A stretch of DNA of 20,000 nt from an uncultured virus (IMG/VR IMGVR_UViG_3300042465_007039) (IMGVR_UViG_3300042465_007039:51948-71947), one strand, 5' to 3'. Shown: positions 9,600-16,996, numbered from the stretch's first letter. Numbers and translations: made by a program. Notes: generated from the sequence alone by a model not told the origin.

Positions 9600-10039
9600 T
9601 CGAAGCAAAACCAGTTATTCCCGACAGATACTGGATCCTCAAACAGGACAACCGCAAGGTTGGGCAAATCGAAGCAGATGAATCTGGAGTCACTGTAAAG
9701 ATACAGAACCGTGTGGCCGGCTACAAAACCATCCGGATGGCTGGTCGCGAGGCCAATATTGAATTTACCAAGTTATCCAGTGTCAAGCCAGTCACCAACC
9801 AGGTGCATGGGTTTGAAGTCACCGGACGTGTGTACAATCCTGTATGGGATGTGAAACACCGATTGCCGTTGTTCACCCGCGACACCAAAAGCAAAAGCTG
9901 GTATGCTGCTGGATGGTACCGAGTCAAACAACATCGTGACTGGAAGACTGTGCAGAATCCCAAGTTGATTGCACTACAACGATATGACTATCAAGGCCCT
10001 TTTCACACCAAGGAACAAGCAAATGACAAATCCGTTTAG
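9596..10039 (+). CDS. hypothetical phage protein
   Basis: AGGAG RBS then ATG 9596 overlapping the rnh stop. Confidence 0.8.
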   Translation: MIEAKPVIPDRYWILKQDNRKVGQIEADESGVTVKIQNRVAGYKTIRMAGREANIEFTKLSSVKPVTNQVHGFEVTGRVYNPVWDVKHRLPLFTRDTKSKSWYAAGWYRVKQHRDWKTVQNPKLIALQRYDYQGPFHTKEQANDKSV

Positions 10040-10391
10040 AGATCAAGAGAAATTTATGCGAGCATGTGATCAGAAAACTGATGCGTATGCAATTTCTCAG
10101 TACAAGATGTATCTGAATCTAATTGACGAAGAACATGCTGAACTCAAACAAGCAGTGGCAGACGACGACATGACTGAACAGTTGGACGCCTTGATTGACA
10201 TCCTGGTGGTCACCATTGGTGCTATACATAGTGCTGGATTCAACGGCGAAGGTGCCTGGAAAGAAGTTATGAACACAAACTTTGCCAAGATTGATCGAGA
10301 CACCGGCAAGGTGCGCAAGCGTGAAGATGGCAAGGTACTCAAGCCCATGGGCTGGAAAGCACCTGAGCTTACGCCGTTCTTGAAGAAATAA
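10023..10391 (+). CDS. MazG-like/PRA-PH-like NTP pyrophosphohydrolase
   Basis: LIDEEHAEL...DALIDILVV...WKEVMNTNFAK...REDGKVLKP; ATG 10023 preferred. Confidence 0.85.
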   Translation: MTNPFRDQEKFMRACDQKTDAYAISQYKMYLNLIDEEHAELKQAVADDDMTEQLDALIDILVVTIGAIHSAGFNGEGAWKEVMNTNFAKIDRDTGKVRKREDGKVLKPMGWKAPELTPFLKK

Positions 10392-10416
10392 TATACAGAC
10401 TCAACGGAGAAATACC

Positions 10417-10557
10417 ATGCGACTAATCAATGATGAATACGACGATTGCTGGGTCTGGGTCGAAGATCACAATGAAGATCTAGAACTCAGTCCGCATTTT
10501 GACTACGAAGAAGACGCAATTCAATGGCGTGATCAAATGCAACAGGAGATCAAATAA
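10417..10557 (+). CDS. small acidic hypothetical protein (46 aa; absent from ORF track)
   Basis: GGAG RBS; MRLINDEYDDCWVWVEDHNEDLELSPHFDYEEDAIQWRDQMQQEIK; stop overlaps next ATG. Confidence 0.75.
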   Translation: MRLINDEYDDCWVWVEDHNEDLELSPHFDYEEDAIQWRDQMQQEIK

Positions 10558-10775
10558 TGAGTTTACACATCAATCGCTTTGTTGACAGCATCAAAGCACA
10601 CGAAAGTCGTGGTCAAAAAGACTTTGTCATGAGCATGCGAGACGCCAAGGACTTGCACAGCGACATTACCAAGTTGTTGTTGACGCTGGAACAGTTGCAT
10701 AACAAAGCACCTGGTGCCCAAAAAGACGAAGTAATTACCGTAGAACTCACTGGTGGTGGTTTTAAAAGTACATAG
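10557..10775 (+). CDS. hypothetical phage protein
   Basis: AGGAG RBS, 72-aa ORF. Confidence 0.8.
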   Translation: MSLHINRFVDSIKAHESRGQKDFVMSMRDAKDLHSDITKLLLTLEQLHNKAPGAQKDEVITVELTGGGFKST

Positions 10776-10795
10776 TTTATGTGATAAATAAATGT

Positions 10796-11092
10796 ATGAG
10801 TAGACCCAAACCTCAAGTGTTGATTGAGAACACAAACAAGAAGACTTACAAAACTGAGCAGGTGCTGGCCAGCGAAGGCGTATGGGCAGTGTTTTATGAG
10901 TCAAAGCCTATCAATTTAAAAACTTCAAACATGCTGACTCAGTATCCTGGACCCAAGTACAAAAAAGTATCTTTTTCAAATCCAGGACATGCTATCAATC
11001 TAGCTCGCAAACTCAACACACAATTCAAAACAGACAAGTTCTCTGTGGTGGTGTTGACACAGGGAACCCAAGTGTTCCCCAATGCTGTCTAA
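10796..11092 (+). CDS. hypothetical basic phage protein
   Basis: MSRPKP... start at ATG 10796, 5 nt after TAAATA. Confidence 0.8.
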   Translation: MSRPKPQVLIENTNKKTYKTEQVLASEGVWAVFYESKPINLKTSNMLTQYPGPKYKKVSFSNPGHAINLARKLNTQFKTDKFSVVVLTQGTQVFPNAV

Positions 11093-11447
11093 ACTAGATT
11101 ATACCAGGCACATGCTGTCGCTGTTGCCCAGCGATCACGGTTTGAGTTTGGAAATAGCTTTAAAAGATTGGTGGCAAGATATTCGTCCCGACGGCGGCCT
11201 ACGTTTGAGTTGCGAAGGATATCAAGTGTTCAAACAGCTGGGTATCGAAAGCTACGAATTTGATGTTCCTGTAGGTACACCAGCTAACCCGGGGCAGTTG
11301 GTTGCACTGAACAAACACTTGACTCATCCATACTTTATACAACTAGGCAAAAAGCCTCGCTTGGTATTTTTTGATGGTCGAGAAGCCAGTGCGTTTGCAC
11401 TGTATGGGGACATTGTTAAATTTACCCGGGGCCTAAATAGAGGTTGA
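11082..11447 (+). CDS. hypothetical phage protein
   Basis: 121-aa ORF overlapping the previous gene. Confidence 0.75.
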   Translation: MLSKLDYTRHMLSLLPSDHGLSLEIALKDWWQDIRPDGGLRLSCEGYQVFKQLGIESYEFDVPVGTPANPGQLVALNKHLTHPYFIQLGKKPRLVFFDGREASAFALYGDIVKFTRGLNRG

Positions 11448-11472
11448 CCAAAAACCCCAGATCGCTTATACT
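11444..11472 (+). promoter_or_regulatory. sigma70-type early promoter
   Basis: TTGACC-17 bp-TATACT. Confidence 0.75.
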
Positions 11473-11513
11473 GTAATTGTAGTAGTTAGTGACCCAAGTG
11501 AAAGGAGCTCAAA

Positions 11514-11702
11514 ATGGCAGAAGTCAAACTTTCCACACTGTACAAAGTCACAGTGACAGAATACGACTGTGGTGTGCAACGAGTTGACCCCGACGACATC
11601 CGGTATTTTACCACCCTGGAAGAAGCAGAAGCCTACAAATATCGCCAAGATTGTGGCGGCCCAGAATGCTACTGGCGTGCTAGCATTGAAAAAGTTGCAT
11701 AA
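11514..11702 (+). CDS. hypothetical protein
   Basis: AAGGAG RBS, 62-aa ORF. Confidence 0.8.
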   Translation: MAEVKLSTLYKVTVTEYDCGVQRVDPDDIRYFTTLEEAEAYKYRQDCGGPECYWRASIEKVA

Positions 11703-11767
11703 AAACAACACTTTTTAACCCCAAAAAGTAGTAATTTTGTAGTAATACTTTTCATGTGCAAAAACGG

Positions 11768-11796
11768 TTGACCAAAAACGCAAGATCGGTTATAAT
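11768..11796 (+). promoter_or_regulatory. sigma70-type early promoter (leaderless transcript)
   Basis: TTGACC-17 bp-TATAAT; ATG 11803 falls at the expected start site. Confidence 0.8.
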
Positions 11797-11802
11797 ATAC
11801 AC

Positions 11803-12141
11803 ATGAACACAAAAACACTAGCCCGTAAAAAGCGCACCGATCGTACTCATGTGATCTACATGATTGAGTCTGGCGCTGATTTTTACATTGGTGTTACTGC
11901 CAAGACCGAAAGCACTGTGAAGAAATCAGTGATCACTCGTTGCCGCAAGCACTTTTATCGCATGCGTTCTGAAGACAAGAGCTGGATGCTGTACGAGACC
12001 ATGCGAGCTCGTGGCGTTGGCAAATTCACTGTGCGTGTGATGGCTGTGGTGCGCGGCAAGACCGAAGCCCACAACCTGGAGCGTGGTTTGATCCGCGATA
12101 TGAAACCCAACCTGAACACAGATGTTCGTGGTGTTGCATAA
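11803..12141 (+). CDS. small GIY-YIG-like nuclease-domain protein
   Basis: VIYMI...FYIGVT...R..H...LE..LI...PNLN motif order. Confidence 0.7.
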   Translation: MNTKTLARKKRTDRTHVIYMIESGADFYIGVTAKTESTVKKSVITRCRKHFYRMRSEDKSWMLYETMRARGVGKFTVRVMAVVRGKTEAHNLERGLIRDMKPNLNTDVRGVA

Positions 12142-12150
12142 GGAGTTGAA

Positions 12151-12360
12151 ATGACAAAATTCGTACACATTGTTTATGTCCACCCCGTAGAACTGGGTGA
12201 ACCTAACTTGACAAAGGTCAAGGAAGAAAAAGAGTTTGAATCACATTTTAATGCACTGACTTGGGTAGACATTCGTAACGGTCGAGCAAAGCAAAAAGGT
12301 GAAGAGTTGCAGGCAGTCTACTACGGCTGTGTCAACGATGCTACAGGAGAATTGATATGA
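12151..12360 (+). CDS. hypothetical protein
   Basis: TAAGGAG RBS, 69-aa ORF. Confidence 0.8.
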   Translation: MTKFVHIVYVHPVELGEPNLTKVKEEKEFESHFNALTWVDIRNGRAKQKGEELQAVYYGCVNDATGELI

Positions 12361-12491
12361 GTATACTTAGAGGGGGCAAGACAGGTGCTGAGCCCGGACT
12401 CTTGCAGGATGATTCAAGAGCGTTGAGCCGCTGGTTTGCCAGCAGAATAGATGCTCGTTGGACACTCCGTAGGGTCTTGACAGATTTGTAA
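12357..12491 (+). CDS. hypothetical protein (44 aa; absent from ORF track)
   Basis: AGGAG RBS, ATGA overlap; MSILRGGKTGAEPGLLQDDSRALSRWFASRIDARWTLRRVLTDL. Confidence 0.65.
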   Translation: MSILRGGKTGAEPGLLQDDSRALSRWFASRIDARWTLRRVLTDL

Positions 12492-12505
12492 AACCGTGTT
12501 ATAAT
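12477..12505 (+). promoter_or_regulatory. consensus sigma70 promoter
   Basis: TTGACA-17 bp-TATAAT with extended TG. Confidence 0.85.
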
Positions 12506-12530
12506 ACATTCATTGCAACAAGGAATCATC

Positions 12531-12749
12531 ATGAAACAAATTACCACCATCGTCGGCACAATTATGTTTGGTATTGCGGGTCTACTGCTGCTGAGCTTTT
12601 TGCTGAGTTTGCCTGTGTATCTGCTGTGGAACGGTTGCTTGGTTGGCGCTGTTGCGGGAGTTAGTGAAGTGTCCTGGTTGCAGGCCTGGGGGCTGACTGT
12701 GTTGTGTGGCTTCTTGTTTAAATCTTCCACACATACCCCAAGCAAATAA
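12531..12749 (+). CDS. small membrane protein
   Basis: AAGGA RBS before ATG 12531; two hydrophobic stretches. Confidence 0.75.
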   Translation: MKQITTIVGTIMFGIAGLLLLSFLLSLPVYLLWNGCLVGAVAGVSEVSWLQAWGLTVLCGFLFKSSTHTPSK

Positions 12750-12764
12750 TCAAAAGGAATCAAC

Positions 12765-12938
12765 ATGGCTGGCAAAGCAAAATCAATCTATCTCACAGTC
12801 TTGCCCAAGGGCAAGCACCTGAGCGTGTTTAAAAAAGTGTTTTTTGAAGCCAAGAGCTACAATGAATACGTCAGAACAGATGAGTTCAAGGCACAATGGC
12901 CTGCTGATCAGTTTGACATTGTAAAAGAAACTTACTGA
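12765..12938 (+). CDS. hypothetical protein (57 aa; absent from ORF track)
   Basis: AAGGA RBS; MAGKAKSIYLTVLPKGKHLSVFKKVFFEAKSYNEYVRTDEFKAQWPADQFDIVKETY. Confidence 0.75.
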   Translation: MAGKAKSIYLTVLPKGKHLSVFKKVFFEAKSYNEYVRTDEFKAQWPADQFDIVKETY

Positions 12939-13069
12939 TGTATATTGCCAACCACAACAACACCATACAGCTACCCTGGGAGCCAGGTCTGTTGGAATGG
13001 TTGCAGGAGACTTATCCTTACTCCGGGTACAAGATTGTGACAAGGTCTTTGTCACAATGTGTCTGCTGA
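12938..13069 (+). CDS. hypothetical protein (43 aa; absent from ORF track)
   Basis: TGATG coupling; MYIANHNNTIQLPWEPGLLEWLQETYPYSGYKIVTRSLSQCVC. Confidence 0.55.
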   Translation: MYIANHNNTIQLPWEPGLLEWLQETYPYSGYKIVTRSLSQCVC

Positions 13070-13094
13070 AAAAACTACTGATAAGTAACACACT

Positions 13095-13508
13095 ATGGAA
13101 TTTTTACCTGTACTAGAACTCATTGATCGACTGTGCATTGCCCGGATCAAATTTGAAAGAACCAAGGGCGGCAATCAAGCCGAACTGTCTTGGTATGAAC
13201 AACGTTATCAGCAACTGATTGGCACTCTAACTCAGGGCCAACGAGCTGTGCTGGATCACAACATTGCAGAAATCACTGTGATACACAATCGTATCTGGGA
13301 TCTGGAATGGCAGTTGAAATCTGGCGTAGAGCACCTGTTGCCCATGGACGAGATTGGCCGGCGAGCCATTGCCATCCGCGACTGGAACAACAAACGCATT
13401 ACCTACAAGAATTCGATTGCTGCCTTGTTTGACCTGGATCTGAGAGAAATCAAAACTGATCATTTAAGTGACTCTGAACAGTTGTTTAAAACTGTTGACA
13501 CTAAATAA
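13095..13508 (+). CDS. hypothetical alpha-helical protein
   Basis: 137-aa ORF, 7 nt after TAAGTA. Confidence 0.8.
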   Translation: MEFLPVLELIDRLCIARIKFERTKGGNQAELSWYEQRYQQLIGTLTQGQRAVLDHNIAEITVIHNRIWDLEWQLKSGVEHLLPMDEIGRRAIAIRDWNNKRITYKNSIAALFDLDLREIKTDHLSDSEQLFKTVDTK

Positions 13509-13523
13509 TTTTCCTGTTAGAAT
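13495..13523 (+). promoter_or_regulatory. sigma70 promoter for tRNA pair
   Basis: TTGACA-17 bp-TAGAAT with extended TG, 8 nt before the tRNA. Confidence 0.75.
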
Positions 13524-13531
13524 ATAATTTA

Positions 13532-13608
13532 GGGACCTTAGCTCATTAGGTTAGAGCAGCAGACTCATAATCTGTTGGTGGAGTGTTCGAATCACTCAGG
13601 TCCTACCA
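13532..13608 (+). tRNA. tRNA with CAT anticodon, most likely Ile2 (lysidine type); Met not excluded
   Basis: Cloverleaf GGGACCT/AGGTCCT, anticodon arm GCAGA-CTCATAA-TCTGT, TTCGAAT loop, encoded CCA. Confidence 0.9.
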
Positions 13609-13613
13609 AACAT

Positions 13614-13688
13614 CTGGCGTTCGTATAATGGATAATACAGGGGATTTCTACTCCCCTAATAGCAGTTCGATTCTGTTACGCCGGACCA
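13614..13688 (+). tRNA. tRNA-Arg(TCT)
   Basis: CTGGCGT/ACGCCGG acceptor, GGGGA-TTTCTAC-TCCCC anticodon arm, TTCGATT loop, CCA. Confidence 0.9.
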
Positions 13689-13704
13689 GAATATAAGTAA
13701 TGGT

Positions 13705-14175
13705 ATGGAGCAAAAATCAAACCTAGTCAAAGGCAAAGACAGTTACGACTCTACATCAACCGGCGGATTGATTCCATTTTTTAATCGCAATGTAACACCT
13801 TATCCAACTGAAGCTGGTGGTCCTAAGTTTGATCTGGTGCCTGTCACACAGCAAAAAGATCTAATGATCAATCATGCCAGGATGTATGCACAACAAGAAC
13901 ACGATCGTATCATGGAACTGGTTGCAGTACTAGAAAAACAAGCACAAGCAATCAAGCGTAGACTAGATGTTACAGATGCAGTGCATGCCGCAGTGTACCA
14001 ATTTCAACCTGTTATGGGACAACAGTATTGGTTGGTGTGGAACCGGCGTCGACAACATACCTTGCTGACACAAAACGGCCCCGACGATTGGTCAAGTAGT
14101 GCTCCTGAAGACTATGAATACCAGACACAAGTAAAGTACATGGGTGACCATACATGGTTAGAGATTTTGAGTTAA
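13705..14175 (+). CDS. hypothetical protein (DUF2452-like, tentative)
   Basis: 156-aa ORF; coiled-coil segment followed by FQPVMGQQYWLV; family call from memory only. Confidence 0.65.
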   Translation: MEQKSNLVKGKDSYDSTSTGGLIPFFNRNVTPYPTEAGGPKFDLVPVTQQKDLMINHARMYAQQEHDRIMELVAVLEKQAQAIKRRLDVTDAVHAAVYQFQPVMGQQYWLVWNRRRQHTLLTQNGPDDWSSSAPEDYEYQTQVKYMGDHTWLEILS

Positions 14176-14207
14176 AGTAAAAATTACAAAGAAACAAAAA
14201 GATTATT

Positions 14208-14294
14208 GCGAGTATGGTGAAATAGGTAGACACAAGAGACTTAAAATCTCTCGCTCGCAAGGGCATGCCGGTTCAATTCCGGCTACTCGTACCA
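14208..14294 (+). tRNA. tRNA-Leu(TAA)
   Basis: GCGAGTA/TACTCGT acceptor, AGAGA-CTTAAAA-TCTCT, long variable arm, CCA. Confidence 0.95.
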
Positions 14295-14310
14295 CAACAA
14301 AAGGAACATT

Positions 14311-14556
14311 ATGAGCACAATTAAAAAACTGCAAGTGGAATTTGCCCCCGGAGCGTTTGACACCTTTGAAGGCACCCAAGAAGAACTAGACCAGCTGATG
14401 GCAGAGATTACTGATACATTTAGCAACATGACAACTGAAGATTTTGAGTCCCAGAATATTATGACCTTGGACGAAAACAACTTGACCGAAGCAGAGTGGG
14501 ATCTATTAGATGCAGAAGATGCATTGTTTCTCAGCCGCGGCCAATATCTACAATGA
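14311..14556 (+). CDS. small acidic hypothetical protein
   Basis: AAGGA RBS; 19 D/E versus 3 K/R in 81 aa. Confidence 0.8.
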   Translation: MSTIKKLQVEFAPGAFDTFEGTQEELDQLMAEITDTFSNMTTEDFESQNIMTLDENNLTEAEWDLLDAEDALFLSRGQYLQ

Positions 14557-14570
14557 TCAGTTAAAAAAAC

Positions 14571-15743
14571 GTGAAAAATTACTGGCCCGCCTACCAAGAC
14601 ATTGAGCTGGCCAGCACAGCCTTGAAGTGGGGCTACTACATACCCGGACTAATCGGTCAATACAGACCTGACATTGAACTGATTGAAATCAGACTGGATT
14701 TTAAAAAAAACACTGATTGTTACGGCAATGTCAAACACCATCATCGGGACGTGGACTACAGTGACTTGTCTGGCCAAATTGAATCGGCGCTTGCGTCAGG
14801 CAAAAAAGTTGGACTGTTGGTAGAAGATGAGCATGTGTACTATGAAAAAAATCATCAGTTAACTGCAATAGTGAATCGCTACCAAGACCATGCGGTGTAT
14901 TGGCTAACACAATACGATTCAAAAAGAATCAAGTTGATATATCAGGATCAGCACGGACTTGAATGCAAAATACTAGAATTGCCTTGGTTGATCTTGAATG
15001 AATGCTTGGTGTACAACTACATCAAACGCGTTCGGATACCTACTATAATTTTGTCACGGCGACATTATCAAGATCCCACTAGTAATTTTTTCACCGTGAC
15101 CGGCAAGTACGAACCTTTTAGGAAGCAACTGCTGGAAGCCCTGGTAGATCATGGTCTAGATCAATACGGACTGCTTACTGTGCCCAAAGATTCGCACGAC
15201 TGGTATCACTCGGACAAATATCAAATTGGTCAACAGGTGCAGATCGAATCGCATGCCCCGTATGGCACACCGCCCAGGAGAGATCATGACAAAATGGCTG
15301 CACAATTTTTTGAGAACAATGTGTGGCTCAGCTGCAATACGCAAAACTTTCTTCACCTGGAAAGAACCTACATAAACTATCCTCTGGCCATCATACCCGA
15401 AACTACTATGACCAATTTTTTTGCCACTGAAAAAAGCGTGTGGCCTGCGCTGCTGGGCAAGATGTTTTTGATTCTAGGGCCTGCAGGATGCATGAGCTAC
15501 ATTCAGCGATTCTACGATGTTGACCTGTCACAATTTATGAATCTTGATTTTGATCAAATAGATCCATTGACACATGAACATTTTTCTGAAAAAATAAATT
15601 GTATGTTGAGTCAAAATCGAGATTTTGTTGTTAACGCCAAACAGATACATGCACAGTACCGGGATCAATTTCAAGCAGCGCAAAACACCATTGGACCAAA
15701 CATCTACAAGTTTGTGCTGGCACAATTGGATCTGATTCAATAG
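14571..15743 (+). CDS. hypothetical protein, possibly GT-B glycosyltransferase-like (GT10-like C-terminal motif)
   Basis: 390-aa ORF; IIPET...FFATEKSVWPALLGKMFLILG resembles the E-x-Y/F-x-T-E-K motif of GT10-like proteins. Confidence 0.55.
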   Translation: MKNYWPAYQDIELASTALKWGYYIPGLIGQYRPDIELIEIRLDFKKNTDCYGNVKHHHRDVDYSDLSGQIESALASGKKVGLLVEDEHVYYEKNHQLTAIVNRYQDHAVYWLTQYDSKRIKLIYQDQHGLECKILELPWLILNECLVYNYIKRVRIPTIILSRRHYQDPTSNFFTVTGKYEPFRKQLLEALVDHGLDQYGLLTVPKDSHDWYHSDKYQIGQQVQIESHAPYGTPPRRDHDKMAAQFFENNVWLSCNTQNFLHLERTYINYPLAIIPETTMTNFFATEKSVWPALLGKMFLILGPAGCMSYIQRFYDVDLSQFMNLDFDQIDPLTHEHFSEKINCMLSQNRDFVVNAKQIHAQYRDQFQAAQNTIGPNIYKFVLAQLDLIQ

Positions 15744-15755
15744 ACTCAAACCCAC

Positions 15756-15784
15756 TTGACAGCATACGAGAATAAATATATACT
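15756..15784 (+). promoter_or_regulatory. sigma70 promoter of tmRNA
   Basis: TTGACA-17 bp-TATACT; TAAATA in spacer. Confidence 0.85.
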
Positions 15785-15790
15785 GCAAGT

Positions 15791-16970
15791 TAAGACTGTA
15801 TGAAGTAGATAGAAAAGGATTCTGGACGCGGGTCCTTTTAAGCGGCATCGAAGTGTCGTCTGACATAAATACACTTATGTATTACTATGTCTATCAAATA
15901 ACAAACTTGTTGAACGACAAAATCTATGTCGGGAAACATAAATCTGCCAAACACCCTTCTGAAAACGAATATTACGGCTCTGGGAAACAAATAACAGCCG
16001 CTATTAAAAAATACGGTATAGAAAACTTCAAGAAAGAAGTCTTATACTACTGCTCGTCATTGGAAGAAATGGCAGACAAAGAAGCAGAAGTGGTCACTGA
16101 AGATTTTGTAAAAAGACCCAACACTTACAATATGCACAAAGGTGGTACAGGAGGATGGGATCACTACAACGGTAGCAAAGAACACAGTGCTAATTCACGC
16201 AAAGGCGGCGTAAAAGGCGCAAAACGATTGAACGATTTTATAGCAGAGCAAAAGTTCAACGACACAGAGTGGTGGCAAAATTGGCACAGCAAAGTAGTAG
16301 AATCCAACAGATCTAAAAATAATAATAGCTGGTTGAACATTTCTGAAGATGAAATGCAAAGAAGAAAAAAACAACAGAGTGAAAATGCGGTAGGCAATAA
16401 GAATAGTCAGTATGGCAAGATTTGGATTTCAAATATATTGACAAAAGAAGTAAAACGCATTACAATAAATGATACTATTCCACAAGGATGGGCAAGGGGC
16501 AAGAAAGGCCATGCTCCTACCAAACTTTGGGTAAATAATGGTGTTAAGGAGCATTATATCTTACTTGAAAAACAGCAAGAATATGTCCTTAAAGGTTTTA
16601 GTAGTGGCAGACTTAAATCAAGTATGTCGCGAACGAGTATGGTAGTTTAACGCTTTGATAGAAAGAAGTTCTGGACCCGGCTAGCATTATGCCGGCAGGT
16701 CCACCATAAACATTTTGTAACCATCGAAAGATGAGTCAAATACCATAAGGTTAGAATAAAAACGGCTCTAACTACAAAATGTTTTTGATGGGCTTGAAAA
16801 GATTCGACAGGGCAACAAGTATTGACAAGATCTACTCGGCAATGTAGAAGCCGTTAGGGTTGGAGTATTTCGGCCGTAGACACAAAAAAAGTAAAAGCAA
16901 ACGACTCACAGTTCGCATTGGCTGCTTGAAAAAGCAATCTAGGGTAAGACATACCTCGTAACAGAAACTC
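15791..16970 (+). ncRNA. ssrA: circularly permuted (two-piece) tmRNA, acceptor piece interrupted by an endonuclease gene
   Basis: Acceptor end CAGGTCC-A-CCA (16696-16706) lies upstream of the 5' end GGGCTTG-AAAAGATTCGAC (16790+), giving G3:U70; intervening segment closed by AAACATTTTGTA/TACAAAATGTTT; tag frame ANDSQFALAA* at 16897-16929. Outer ends approximate. Confidence 0.92.
15877..16650 (+). CDS. GIY-YIG (Seg-like) homing endonuclease
   Basis: YVYQITN...KIYVGKH...YYGSG...KYGIENFKKE...E...YN catalytic domain; C-terminal WISN/WVNNG...GW/GF..G repeats; A-rich; ATG 15877 preferred over GTG 15853. Confidence 0.9.
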   Translation: MYYYVYQITNLLNDKIYVGKHKSAKHPSENEYYGSGKQITAAIKKYGIENFKKEVLYYCSSLEEMADKEAEVVTEDFVKRPNTYNMHKGGTGGWDHYNGSKEHSANSRKGGVKGAKRLNDFIAEQKFNDTEWWQNWHSKVVESNRSKNNNSWLNISEDEMQRRKKQQSENAVGNKNSQYGKIWISNILTKEVKRITINDTIPQGWARGKKGHAPTKLWVNNGVKEHYILLEKQQEYVLKGFSSGRLKSSMSRTSMVV

Positions 16971-16996
16971 AGAACCCGCTTTGGCGGGTTTCTTTT
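16971..16996 (+). terminator. intrinsic terminator of tmRNA
   Basis: AACCCGC-TTTG-GCGGGTT then TCTTTT. Confidence 0.85.

Noticed and set aside
13614..13688. Amber suppressor tRNA (CTA) or recoded genetic code
   Set aside because: The 7-nt loop TTTCTAC centres on TCT; TAG ends ORFs normally (10775, 15743) and genes are not fragmented
15833..16656. Group I intron in the tmRNA T-loop
   Set aside because: No P3-P7 core fits in the short flanks, and joining the upstream GCGGG to the downstream GCCGG would not form a T-stem; the downstream arm is self-complete
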